From Octopus sinensis (Eukaryota): a DNA stretch of 64,000 nt. The DNA is taken from the NCBI RefSeq assembly GCF_006345805.1, contig NC_042998.1, positions 1,798,001 to 1,862,000 of the forward strand, given 5' to 3'. A program made the position numbers and the translations under genes. How positions within the stretch are numbered: position 1 is the stretch's first letter; the number at the start of each line of letters is the position of its first letter. Positions 1-13,046 of the stretch are shown piece after piece. A model generated the notes under the pieces. It did no database searches. It saw only the letters and a list, made by a program, of their open reading frames with translations, and was not told where the DNA came from.

Positions 1-672
1 TTCGCGTCTAACCAACCACGTTGACACAACAGCTCTGAGGAGGAGGAGGCAGAGACTAGAGTCTGTTGATGCAATGAAGGATATCACACTTTATTTCTTT
101 TCGTGTTTTTCGTATTTTTTATTGTTAAAGAAGCTAACCTCACCTTAGATACGGTCGAGCAGACAAACGATTGCCAACCTTAGCAATTATGGTTTTTTAA
201 TTTTTTGTTTTCTTTTTCTTAGGTGTGCCCTCCCGTTTTTTTTTTTTTTCTTTTCTTTTTAATATAATAAAGTGTTGATATAAAGAGATTTGGTTGTTAT
301 TTCTAGCAGGCCGGGGGACTAATTCAGAAGCGTCCGGTATTGACAGTAGATCATTCATAAAACCTGCGCTGCCACCGACTGAAGCTTTGGCATCGATCCC
401 GCTTTGTTACAATTTTACGATTGCGTGAATGTTTCTTTGTTGGCGGGGGGGAGGGTTGTCGTTGTTGGTGTTTAATCCTAGGTCAGCCCTCGCCATATTC
501 ACCTCCAACCCTTTTCATTTTTATTTGCTTTTGTCTTTTTTTTTTTCTTCTTCATACATAATTTATCTTGGACTGTATTTTATTATCCAATGATGCGGTT
601 ACCTCTAATTTACGGGATCTACAAGCTATATACAACCGTTTGTAAAGGCCCCTTCTTTTTTGTCATTAATTA

Positions 673-1076
673 GGCGGTAAAGTGGCAGAACCGTTAGCAC
701 GCCGGGCGAAACGCTTAGCGGTATTTCGTCTGCCGTTACGTTCTGAGTTCAAATTCCGCCGAGGTCGACTTTGCCTTTCATCCTTTCGGGGTCGATTAAA
801 TAAATACCTATGTAATCGACTTAATCCGTTTGTCTGTCCTTGTTTGTCCTCTCTGTATTTAGGCCCTTGAGGGTAGTAGAGAAATAGGTATTTCGTCCGT
901 CATTACGTTCTGTGTTCAAATTCCGCCGACATCGACTTTACCACTTTCCCTTTCGTCCTTTCGAAGTCAATAAAATAAGTACCAGTTGAAAACTGAGGTC
1001 GATGTAATCGATTTACCCCACCCCCACCCCACCCTACCCTCAAAATTGCTGGCCTTGTGGCAAAATTTGAAACTGA
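673..1076 (+). mobile_element. tRNA-derived SINE family A (Meta/MESC-like core), one full copy plus one partial
   Basis: A-box tggcagaaccg, B-box gagttcaaattcc, core gactttgcctttcatcctttcggggtcgat. Many paralogs in the window. Confidence 0.8.
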
Positions 1077-2066
1077 TATATTCCACTCGTGACCGTCCCA
1101 TCTTGTGTATACGTGTGTGTGTGTGTGTGTGTTGAAGTCGTCTTTCTAGCATCATAGCTCCCATCTCGCCCCTGACAAATCAATGCACTGGGCCCTATTG
1201 ACAGCAAACCACAGCATATATAGATTAGAATCGGGCCCTTAGACTTGCAAGGCCCCAAATGCAAGTGTTGGTTGTCCCTATGCTATAAATCGGCGCTTGT
1301 GTGTGTGAGAGAGAGAGAGGGGGGGTGAGAGACACTAGATTGTCCGATATCTCCCATTTTGTTTATATCTGAAGCGATATGATGGAGTAGTTTGAGAGAG
1401 AGGACCCGACTGATATTCTCTGTCAAGGTCCACTAAGTCGGTTTGGCAGCGTTACTTTGCTCTCCTTTGTTTGTTTTGATTAGTTCGATTTATCATCCAT
1501 CTCACCTGGAGTGCGCAGTTAGATAAATTTGTTTACCTGATAGTCTAAATGTCGCACACTACTACTACTGTTGTTGTTGTTCCTGGGGTGGGAAGGGCCT
1601 CTTGCGGGCGTTGGTTCGTGCAGGTGCACGAAAAATATTGTAAACAGACGGTTATTTACAAAATAAACAAGATCAGCGAAAGCAAAGCTCTACGTTTATC
1701 GCCGTTGTTTTCAGATTACTCATAAATTGCCTTATTAGATATAGTTATGTAATGTGTGAATATATGTATATAATGCTTTTGTTGACGCAAAACCTGAACC
1801 CGATTACACGCATACTACAGTTACTTATAATGTTTTGTTTGTTTGTTTTTCCTCTCTCCTCCTCCTCAAGGCCAGAATTTGTCAGTAAACGAACTGATGC
1901 TGGTGTCTAGCATTTCTTTTATATTATTCATTGTACTCTTGCTTATGCTTTTGTTTCTCGCTTTGCTCCTCGCCCTCCGTCGCCCAAACCTAGGCACTAC
2001 CATTTCATCGTGCGCCCTTCCTTTATCATAGCTGTGAAGTGAGCTGTCATTGTGTGTGTTCGTATG

Positions 2067-2109
<43 letters not shown>

Positions 2110-2210
2110 TATATATAATATATATATATATATATAATTATGTAAGTGCTTCTCCGTCGGCTTCGACGGTGAGTAGTTTTGTTGTTACATCAACTGAATT
2201 ACCTACTCCC

Positions 2211-2597
2211 TTTTACTCTTTTCCTTGTTTCAGTCATGTGACTGTGGCCGTGCTGGAGCACCGCCTTTAATCGAGCAAATCGACCCCAGGACTTATTCTT
2301 TGTAAGCCTAGTACTTATTCTATCGGACTTTTTTGCCGAACCGCTAAGTTACGGGGACGTAAACACACCAGCATCGGTTGTCAAGTGATGTTGGGGGGGG
2401 GGGACAAATACAGACAAACAAACATATACATATATACGACGGGCTTCTTTCAGTTTCCGTCTACTAAATCCGCTCACACGGCTTTGGTCGGCTCGAGGCT
2501 ATAGTAAAAGACACTTGCCTAAGGTGCCACGCAGTGGGAATGAACCTGGAACCATGTGGTTCGTCAGCAAGCTACTTATCACACAGCCACTCCTGCT
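2211..2597 (-). mobile_element. tRNA-derived SINE family B
   Basis: Reverse complement of the 9161-9559 copy; tail (AAAGAGTA)n. Confidence 0.8.
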
Positions 2598-3651
2598 CAT
2601 TGAATTAGCGTATCACTGTCCGAATATTCCACAAACACATGTTCCTCCAAGTCCCTGTACAGATGGCAATAGGTGTAGGTCAGATGTGAAATGCAGGCCC
2701 CCATTTCATCTGATAAAAGCCCCAGGGTGGATGTGGGAAATGCACCCATCACATTTCAAAATGCTCATAAAGTTGCTGACGTCATAAGAATTTATAAACT
2801 TTCGAGAGAACGTGAAATAATTCTTCTTTTGTCCCACGAGCAGCCTTTGGCTTTTTTCTATCCAAAGGGATGTTGAACCTATATTCTATAGCTTTATGTG
2901 CTACGAGACCCACTGTTCCAAAAAAGAATTATTACTCATAAAATATATTAGTAATCAGGGATTAATTTATGATTCATTTGTGGATTATGATTAAACACAG
3001 TAGCGTAGTTGGAGGCGGGGAGTCCACCCTGGGCGATGCTTTTATAAGAGTGGCACTTTTTGGTTTGCTATATAAGTCCAAATAGGTGTGGGGGAGCAGG
3101 GTAGTGGAAAGCTTAAGAGCTGCCTCGAGGGGGCGCATGCTACGCCACTGTACATACAAGTAACAAACCGTATAAAAGAATTAGAACCATTTATAAAAAC
3201 GGTAATCCGTTACTCATGGGTCCTTCCTTTTCCACTAACATAACCCATGTGGACTCCCGTCTGTTCCGACCTGCCCTTAACAATTTTCATACCAACCCGT
3301 CTGAGGCCGCCCTTAGCTCTTCGGTACAAACTTCCTGGTATGAAGTGATCTCAATTATAACTTCCCATCGAAATTTCATGTTAATTTACGTTTCAAACAC
3401 CAGCTTAACAATGACAAAATCATTTTATTAAAGCCTTTATATTTTGCAAAACGAATTGAAATCACAGCAATGTATTTCAAAACAAATGTGACGAGTAAAG
3501 GCCAAGGTGTGACATGACTGCATCTTTGCATTGCAAACACGATTCATCCGACGTGCTTCCGCAATCCTGTCTACTTTAATACCAACCAATTTCATATAAA
3601 TGTCAATATATATATGAGTAAAGAATTGCATACAATGTGTATGTGTGTATG

Positions 3652-3709
<58 letters not shown>

Positions 3710-4067
3710 TTGGCCTGCTCGCTTAGCCAGCGGGGTGGCGTCATTTGAAGGCTAAAACAATGCGGAGCGCATTGTGACCAGCGATGTCGCAACATCTGAT
3801 AGCCTGGTGGGTCACAGTAATCACGGTGATATATATATATAAAGAACACAAATGGATAAACATATGCATATTACATAATGATGATACAGCGACATATATA
3901 CACACAAGTGGATAGATGCACTAAGAAAAGCGCACTCAGTACATTATGTAGAGTTTTGCAGTCTGGAAGTCAACGACCGTAGAAGTCATTGACTGCATGC
4001 ACACGCACATACACACACATATGCACACAGACATACACACATAGAGCTCTTTGTTGCATTATTGGGC

Positions 4068-4372
4068 CATGGGTGGAGAAGGAAGTGTTGCCGTCTAACA
4101 AATTTGTTGAAAGGTGGGTAAATGTCGGGAAAATGGCCAGTGTGGAAGGACCCATTTTGAGCATGCGCCTGTAAAAATTAAAAGAAAGGCTCTTGCCCTG
4201 TTGGTCACACCCGTGACTTTTGTAATTTTTTCCACGGGTAGCCTTAATGCGCCTCCCCTTATTGGGAGTTTTATTTGTTTAATTTTTTGTTTGCACACTT
4301 TTAAAACCCATTTGTATCGTCCTGTCTTTGTCTCTTCATGTAAGCCCTTGTGGCCAATAAAAGAATTAATTA
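4068..4372 (+). mobile_element. Probable L1/Tx1-type LINE 3' end
   Basis: VEKEVLPSNKFVERWVNVGKMASVEGPILSMRL* (F..RW motif near the stop), then a T-rich 3' UTR ending gcccttgtggccaataaaagaa. Confidence 0.4.
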
Positions 4373-4539
4373 TTGGGCCAGGGGAAAATCAGTGTGCCGC
4401 GCCCTATTGTATTTACGTATTGGCAGCAAGCCACAGCATACATAGATTACAATTGGTGCCTTGACCCTTGGGTCCCCTCAGGAAACTGCCCAGTGTGCAA
4501 TTGTGTGTGTGTGTGTACTTGGTCGTGATTTGGTGGCTT

Positions 4540-4757
4540 TATGAGAGGTGATGAAAAGTTTCTGGCTTTGGCTGAAAGAAAAAATGCAGGAGAATCAGTT
4601 ATGATTTTATCCAACATATTCCCCTCTCAGATTCACACACTTATTGCAGCGCTCCTTCAGTTTTTCTAAGCCTTGTAAGAGAACTCAGAAAGTTGGACCT
4701 TCAATCCGGCCTTTCGCGACACTCTTAAAGCCAAGAACTTTACGGCACCCCTTCGTA
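4540..4757. mobile_element. Mariner-type MITE
   Basis: Degenerate TIRs tatgagaggtgatgaaaagtttctggcttt / aaagccaagaactttacggcaccccttcgta. Paralog at 55838-56170. Confidence 0.6.
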
Positions 4758-4816
4758 TTAAAATACATGTATACCTGACTTGTAGTAAATGAAAATAATA
4801 CATACAAGAACGAGAT

Positions 4817-4867
4817 TACGTGTGTAAACACGGTGTGGCACAGCCGCCGACCTCCTTACGCACGTGG
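4817..4867. promoter_or_regulatory. Putative HIF (RCGTG) plus FoxO site cluster
   Basis: TACGTG at 4817-4822 next to GTAAACA at 4824-4830, and GCACGTGG at 4860-4867, in CpG-retaining non-repeat DNA upstream of the BNIP3 exons. Confidence 0.35.
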
Positions 4868-4999
4868 ACACACAAAACAAAACACGCAGCCATTTCTTAC
4901 ATTTACTAAAAATAAAAATAGTACAAAAGTAGATTGCACAATTATCTATCATATGTGTGCGTACATATATATATATAGATATAGATATATATATATTAT

Positions 5000-5032
<33 letters not shown>

Positions 5033-5814
5033 TATATAAATGTAATGTTTTTTGCCAGTTAAATCTATTTGTTTTGAAAGTAATTTTATATAAATCTGAC
5101 CTTGACATTTCCCTCATTCTAGATTAACAAAGGAAACGTTATTTTTGTTTACATTTCTTTTTCTTTCTTTTTTTTCTTTAATGTGATTGAGAAATGTTAT
5201 TAGGGTAACAGGGGTCGGTAGAAGTCTTCCTTTTGTTTTTATATATTAATGTTATGTTGTTGTTGTTATACTACAAGCATTCTTTGTTCATCTTTGTCTT
5301 AAATACGCAGTTGCAAGATGCTTATGTATGAATGAGAGCGTATGTGTGTGTATATGTATACATATAAACTCACATACACAGGCACGCACACACACATACA
5401 TACATACATACATACATACATACATACATACACACACATACAAACATAAGAAGAGAGGAGGCAGCGCAATGATATTTCTTTTTTTAAATTGCGTATTATC
5501 TTCTTTGCTAGACTGTTTATTAACGAAGGTAATTTCATTTCTGAAACCTAGGTGCGAACAGAGAGATAGCGAGAGCTGTAGCACGATTCTGCTTACGCAT
5601 TTCCTTTGATTCAGAAGATTGAATGACAACTGAGTAGGGCGGGATTTGATCTTTGTATGTAACACATACATTAAAGAGGAACGAAACACCTTTAAATGCT
5701 TTCCTAGCTAGCTTACATCGATTTTCTTTTGTCTATCATTCGTAGCTTCTTCATTTTTTAAAAATTTTTGTTGAAAAGAAAATGTTAATTATTATGTTGA
5801 ACATTTAACATAGT

Positions 5815-5873
5815 TGCAGACGATAGCATACTGGTTGGTGCAGACGATAGCATACTGGTTGGTGCAGACGATA
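5815..5873. repeat. 24-bp tandem repeat x2.4
   Basis: tgcagacgatagcatactggttgg at 5815, 5839 and 5863 (partial). Confidence 0.85.
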
Positions 5874-6192
5874 TATAATGCGAACTAGTTGCCTCTGTTT
5901 CAACTATGCATGACCTCGTCTTTTCTTTCCTTTGTGTTGCATTTGTGTAGAAGCAGGTTGTTCAAGAAAGAAGTTCGTTAGTTAGCTACTAAGGTGTAAT
6001 TATTCATTTCACTGCTAGACATTTTCGCTCGGCTGAACATTGATCTAACCGAAAAATTATTGAAATAAATTAAATTTTATTCCATTAAATTTAATTCATC
6101 TCATTAGAGTATTGTTATTTTATTAACAATTTCGTTTTCTTTGATAAAAAATATAATAAATGTAAATGCATATTGTAATTAATCATTTTTAT

Positions 6193-6204
6193 TCTCTCCC
6201 TCTT

Positions 6205-6291
<87 letters not shown>

Positions 6292-6526
6292 TTATCTCTC
6301 TCTCTTTGATTGGAATTACATTAGAATTTATACTAATCATCGGTATAAACACGAGTATACACATAAGGGGAAGGAGGGAGATTGGGAAGATTCGATCAGA
6401 TGATCCCCGCTTATTTTTATTGAAGCCCCAGGGTGGTAGAAGGCTGAATTTGAACTCGTAGAACAACGTAAAATACCACAACGCAATAAGTTCAACGCTA
6501 CTTGATCTATAAGCAATTCTTCTCTC

Positions 6527-6576
<50 letters not shown>

Positions 6577-6890
6577 CTCTCTTCTCTCTCTCTTTCTCCT
6601 CTCTCCCTCTCTTTCTCTCCTCTCTCTCTCTCCCTCTCCCCCTCTCTCTCCTCCTCTCTCTCCTCTCACTCTTCTCTCTCTCCTCTCTCTCTCCTCTCTC
6701 TCTCTCTCCCTCTCCTTTCTCTCCTCTCTCTCTCCTCTCCCTCTCTCTCTCTCTGTCCTCTCTCTCTCCTCTCCCTCTCCTCTCTCTCTCCCTCTCCTCT
6801 CTCTCTCCCTCTCCTCTCTCTCTCCCTCTCCTCTCTCTCTCTCTCTCTCCCTCTCCTCTCTCTCTCCCTCTCTCTCCACTTCTCCCCCTT
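6193..6890. repeat. (CT)n-rich polypyrimidine tracts (6193-6305, 6518-6890)
   Basis: Direct reading; source of the RE/SL-repeat ORFs. Confidence 0.9.
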
Positions 6891-7047
6891 ATCTTTCTAA
6901 TCACTCCTTCCTCTCTCCAAGCGTTTTCACTTTTTTCTTTCTTCCAGTGGTTCTTTGTTATTGAACTCCAACGTTTCAAAATAGATTTAGATTTTCAATG
7001 CAACGATATTTTTAGCCGAATTATTTCTTGCAACCAAGTCTTACCGG

Positions 7048-7096
7048 ATGTTCGCATATTTTGAGTGGGTAAAATTCGGGCAGCTCAGTTGCACGG
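7048..7096 (+). CDS. Candidate first coding exon of the BNIP3-like gene
   Basis: ATG at 7048 reads MFAYFEWVKFGQLSCT+G then GTAAGA, a phase-1 donor compatible with the 25897 acceptor. It lies at the edge of the CpG-retaining zone. No homology support. Confidence 0.25.
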
Positions 7097-9160
7097 GTAA
7101 GATATATAAATTATCTGTGATTAAACAGGATCAAGAAAGAGTCTTGATGAACGTAAGGTATGATTCATGAATACTTTATACTCGTGGGTCTGTGCAAACA
7201 TACACTCATATATACTTAGATATACGTGTGGAGGGGGTTACAAGCATACAGATGGATTTCAGGGGAATGACGGAGCTACAGTATGGACCAAAAGAACCGT
7301 GACATTTTCAGATAGCATTAATACTGCTCGGCACCGCAGTTGGGTGCTGAACTCCTCCTCATCAGCTGACAATCCCCTCTCACCAGCTGATGGGGAGAAT
7401 ATCCTGAAGTGCAAGTCGTGGACAAACGGTGGCCTTTGGGACTTTATGAGTGGCTCACTTTACAAGAAATTGTCTTGAAACTTTTTAGTAGTGCGGTCCG
7501 CCATATGATGAGTCATGCTTCATGCGACCCGTTTCTCGGAAAAGGTTGCACACGCCTATTCTATGTACTTACTCACGCTTGAACTCACACACACAACCAC
7601 ACACACAATGTTTATTGTGATTGCCATACAGATCAAAGTATCACCAAAACCACAGTGATTTATACTTAAGACCTAATGAATTAAATAAAATCCTTATTAA
7701 CTTTGTGGCTGAGACATAATAGGGATCGGGAAGCGTGACATTTATGAGTGAACTGATTTTGTTACAGGTGAATATCGGAATCAAGTTATTTTATTGGCTC
7801 AGGTATCAGCTCAAGTTGCCAAAGTAAAAGAGATACTGGCCTTGTCTACTTAACTGTAAACCAATGTGAGAGCCTCTATAACTGGCCACTCAACCTGTTA
7901 AAAACAGCTGCTATGTCTCCCTCAAATCACCTTAGAAAAGAAAACCTGATGCATTAAGTAATATAGTCCCCCCCATATCCTAATTTTCTGAAATAAAAGA
8001 CAAGCTTGAATACTTTTGTTCTCCAGGCATGGCTGTGTGATAAGAAGTTTGTTTCCCAGCCTCATTGCTTCAAGTTCAGTCCCACTCTCCGGCATCTTGA
8101 GCAAATGTCGTCTACCATAGCCCTGGGCCAATCAAAAGCCTTGTGTGTAGATTTGATAGACAGAAATTGAAAGAAGCCTTTTGTGTGTCTGTGTGTTTCC
8201 CCAGTGCTTGGCAACTGATGTTGGTTTGTTTACCTCTCCATAACTTAACAGTTCAGCAAAAGAGGCTGGTTGTAGAATAAGTGCCAGACTTTCAAAATAA
8301 GTGGGGTTTAACTAAAATCTGTCGTCGAGACAGTGCCCCCTGTTTGGCAGCAATCCAATGACTAAGACAAAAGATAGAAAAGATCAAGATATGTCTGCAT
8401 GATTAGGACTGTCCTGGGGTTGCTAAATAACAACAACAATTTACAGATACAAAAGCAAAACTGAAAGTTGTTGCTTCCTTCTCCATTCAGGAAGACTATT
8501 GTACAATAGTGACTGGCTTACAGCACTGATCTCAAATCCTGCAACAATGTAACTCAATAACAATTGCCTATTCTTAATATAACTACTCACATAATATTAG
8601 GGTGTGAAATATCTAAGTGAGGTGGAGGAGTGGGGTGGAGGGTGGTCAGCTGTTGGTTCATTTCTATCACATTTGAATTGATTCATATTGCTCCCAACCA
8701 AGATATGTAAACCCATTGAATTTCAACTTTATTTTAAAACAAATTTCATCAGATATGATTATACTTTCTTTATGACATAAGCATAAGCAACCAAGTGGCA
8801 GAGGGGCTCGTAAGCAAGTGCCTTCCCAAGTCTTCTAGGGCTGATTTCCCAGTTTCCATAGCATATATATTCCCCGCCTGGACAGGACACCAGTCTGTCA
8901 CAGAATTATTAATTTTTGCCAGCTGAGAGGACTGGAACAACATGAAATGAAGTATTTTGCTCCAGAAAACAACACATCATCCAATCCAGGAAGCGAAACC
9001 ACAATCTTATGATCATGAGTCGAACAACCTAACCACTAAGCCACATGCCTCCAGAGTTGTTAGATCTCTATGGCATTTGTTCGCATTCCCTGCACCCTGA
9101 GTTGTAATCACACCAAGTTCATCTTTTATTTTCATCTTCTGTGAGTTAGTACAACAGTTA

Positions 9161-9559
9161 GGCGCAGGAGTGGCTGTGTGGTAAGTATCTTGCTTACCAA
9201 CCACATGGTTCCGGGTTCAGTCCTACTGCGTGGCACCTTGGGCAAGTGTCTTCTACTATAGCCTCGGGCCGACCAAAGCCTTGTGAGTGGATTTGGTAGA
9301 TGGAAACTGAAAGAAGCCTGTCGTATATATATATATATATGTTTGTGTGTCTGTATTTGTCCCCCCAACATCGCTTGATAACCGATGGTGGTGTGCTTAC
9401 GTCTCCGTAACTTAGCGGTTTTGCAAAAGAGACCGATAGAATAAGTACTAGGCTTACAAAGAATAAGTCCTGGGGTTGATTTGCTCGGAAAAAGGTGGTG
9501 CTCCAGCATGGCCGCAGTCAAATGATTGAAACAAGTAAAAAAGTAAAGAGTAAAAGAGA
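9161..9559 (+). mobile_element. tRNA-derived SINE family B, full length
   Basis: ggcgcaggagtggctgtgtggt (A box), gggttcagtcc (B box), ccttgggcaag, an internal (TA)n, and tail ggtggtgctccagcatggcc..gaaacaagtaaaa. Other copies at ~8025-8385, 14030-14297, 18272-18480, 42422-42600 and 52300-52490. Confidence 0.8.
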
Positions 9560-11784
9560 GAGTGATGGATTGGCAGACTTAGTGTGTGATGTCTGTTTTG
9601 GATCTTTGTGTTCTAAGTTCAAATGTCTTCTACATGTTACTGATAGCCAGAGGCCAATCACTCAGCCTTGGGACACCATCATCTCCACTGCTACCACCAA
9701 TGTCATATCTGCAATTGGCCAGTATAGACAGGTACACTTGCAAGCGGCACAGATCAGCTGCCAATGGCACACTGAGTCTTTTAGGGGATCGACACTTGTT
9801 GAATGGAAATGGTGTTAATAATGGGTGTGTATGTTTCAAAATAGTATTACTTACATAATCTTTAGCATGTGTATGTCAGTGTGGGTGTGTATATTGGGCC
9901 CAGATTAAACATTAAACAATATGAGCAAGTGCTTACAGCACTAAGGAAATGTAGGGCATCACAAACAGTTTTTGTTTTTGTGTGTGTTGGATTAGCCATA
10001 TTGGAAATGGTAAACTGTAGCAGGCTTTTTCAAAAACAAGAAATAAATAAGAAAAGTTGCTGAAAATTGTTGTTCTACTTATAAGTAAATAATTTGCCTG
10101 TACTTTTAAAAAACAGGATGTACTTTGTATAGTTGTGGTATCTGGTCTTAAAGGCAAGGACATTTTTCATCTTTTTACATCACATTCAGCACTTATATTA
10201 TGTCAGTTAGACAATAGAAGGGTTGAGAAGGCACCGTTATTGAGTTGTGCTTACGGCATCAGTAAAAACCCTTAATCCTACCCTGGTATCTATGGTACAC
10301 ACACACATTCATTCATTTATTTTTCACTTAAGCATAGCTATACTAATAACCTTGTATTAGAAATCAATATAAAAAACATTTGTCGAGTACAGAGTGAAAT
10401 AAGAAATTAAATAAATGACAAGGACACAAGAAATTATGTAAAGAACTTCATTAGCTTACAGCTGTTTCGGCTATAAGATGCATTGCATTCTTATCTGAAT
10501 ACTTGTGTATCTATCTTTATACATATATGTATGTATGTATACATGTGTGTGTACGTGGATGGATAGATCGGTAGACAGACAGACAGACAGACAGATAGAT
10601 AGTGTGTGTGTGTCCTGTTGTGCTTTATGAAACTAAAAATGGAAACAATATAGCTTATATAATTACCTCCTATTTAAAGCATATTTTGAACTCACACATA
10701 CACACACAAATGTTCACATGGTTGGCAAAAAACAGTTAAGTTTCTATTTATATCAAGTAACTTTATTATTCTATACAAGTTCAAATACATACCCACCCAC
10801 CCACCCATACAGAATTTGGGCAGGAGTATTTATTTTGATAATAAAGGATGTGTATTAGACATTGTTTAAAAAAACTATTAACAAAGAATTGAACACCACA
10901 CAGATCTTTCATTGAAACTGTGTGAATGATTAAAATATTTGAACCCAGAATCATGTGTTTGGGAAGTAAACTTCTTATGACACAACTACACCTGCACTTG
11001 TATGGAAGACAATAATTCCAAAAAGGGTTTGATTGCAGGAAGTAAATCAGAGACTATTTCAAGTATAATTGATTTCTAACTCAAGTACAATATCAGGGAT
11101 TTGGTATCTGGAGTACAAAGGATTACCATTAGATTGAATCAGTAAATGACCAGTGCTTTTACAAGATTGGATTCAATTTATCACCTGGTTAAGCATCCCC
11201 ACTTGGCCTTTGAGTACCTTCAGCCAAATCCACTTTGTTACCAACATTTGGAACAGGTCTTTGGTCTGGAGATTATATCTCCTCTCTCTTCGTACTAACA
11301 GCATCTTCCTAACCGGAATTTATTTGTATCTTAATGTCAGATTTTTTACAGCCAGATGCCCTTCCTGTTGCTAACCCTCATTTGTTTCCAAACAAGTTAA
11401 TAGTTCCCCATGGCCAGTCATGTTTTCTCACAGAAGACTGGAAATGAACAACCTTGCTTATATAACCAAAGATCCTCGTTTACAACCATCACATAATGTC
11501 TAGACAAGGTTACACCACAAACACATACATACTTAAATGCATACATATTGCCTCAAACCATGATGGGCTTGGGGCAGTGTGGAAGACACTTGCCCAAGGT
11601 CCCACGCAGTGGGGCTGAACCCATGACAAACATGGTTGGAAAGCAGACTACTTCACCACACAGCTATACCATATATATATAAAGTTAATCCAAACATGAA
11701 AACACAAAGAGAAAACACAACAACGCGAGGACGTGGAACAAGTATAGTGTTATTGGATGCTCAGGAAAGGAAAGAAAGAAGGAG

Positions 11785-11820
11785 GATTTAACATTTCGAG
11801 CGGAGCTCTTCATCAGAAAC
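11785..11820 (-). ncRNA. Degenerate hammerhead-like motif in a short TA-flanked repeat (11685-11890)
   Basis: Minus strand gttt-CTGATGA-a-gagc(tcc)gctc-GAAA-tgtt-aaat. A more decayed, related motif lies on the plus strand at ~12034-12068. Confidence 0.45.
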
Positions 11821-11887
11821 ATAGGAAAAGGAAAGATCCAAGGAAGGGAAGGCAGAGGGAAAAAATCAACAACGGCACACACGTGGT

Positions 11888-11921
<34 letters not shown>

Positions 11922-13046
11922 TCAGCCTCTTTCTTCCGGTCCTGTCATCATTTTGAACCATTAATCCCTACGCATATTTTTCTCTCTCCGTTTATTTTTC
12001 ATTCTCTCCCTATTTTTTTCCTCTCAACCCTTTCTGTTAAAGAGTTGAGGCTCAAAACATCGAAGACTTATCTATTCTTCCCAAACTTCAAACTAATACA
12101 CCTGCTTGTTGTTTCCTCACCTGTCTTCGTCTTTTGTTTTCTGCAAATTTGAACTATATATCTATATGTATGTAAAAGTTGCAATGGAATTATGTCAGTA
12201 ACCTGGTCACAGATTGTGTGATAAAAAATTTTGACATAAATAACAAATGATTAAATGAATCACCATTATTGTGTGTATTTTCTGAATGGCTTTAATGAGT
12301 TTTGCAGGCTGTAATTGCATTCAGCACACAGTCTCAGATCAAATCACTTGCCAGATAAGTACAACTCTGAAATATGATACTAGCTTGAACAAACACAAAA
12401 GAAGAATACTCTGTTCTATGATAATAGGCTGTATTTACATTTCAAGTAAAAAAACAAATTCAATGTTACATGTTTGCTACTCTGAGTTTCTGGAAATCAT
12501 CTTTAGGAAATGGAGTAGCATGTAACATTGAATCTCTCAGTTTGTCTTCATCTTCTTCTTCTTTTTTTTCTTCTTCTTTGTCTTCCTCCATCTTTAGTTC
12601 TGATTTCAGAATCGGCCAGGGTCAACTTTTCCTTTCACCCTTTCGGGGTCAATAAAATAAGTTCCTGTCAAGTATTGGGGGGAGGGGTCGATGTAATTAA
12701 CTTCCTCACTCTCCTCAAAAACTGCTGACCCTGTACAAAAATTTGAAATGCCACTACCACAATCATTATCATCATCATCATCATCATCAAAGTGGCAATT
12801 TGGCAGAATCATTAGCGCAAGAGATGAGATGCTTAGCAGCACCTTTGTCCATCTTTGCATTCTGAGTTCTAATTCCACCAAGGTTGACTTTGCCTTTCAC
12901 CCTTTCAGGACCTTCTAGGGTATGGTGGATTATGTTGAGTCAAGGATTTATTTTGAGCTGTACTTATTTTTATTAACCTCAGAAGGATAAAAGGCAAAGT
13001 GGATCTAAGCAGGATTTGAACTCAGAATGTAAAGGAATGTAACAAA

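Noticed and set aside
130-1540. Minus-strand splice donors (ctcacct at ~139 and ~1501, tttacct at ~1532) suggesting a divergent gene
   Set aside because: No coding frame or acceptor could be tied to them; such motifs are common by chance.
6179-6979. 266-aa RE-rich ORF and overlapping SL-rich ORF
   Set aside because: (GA/CT)n low-complexity artefact.
7167-7478. 103-aa ORF near the putative promoter
   Set aside because: No recognisable motif, and it runs into an hAT-like MITE end (~7480-7560).
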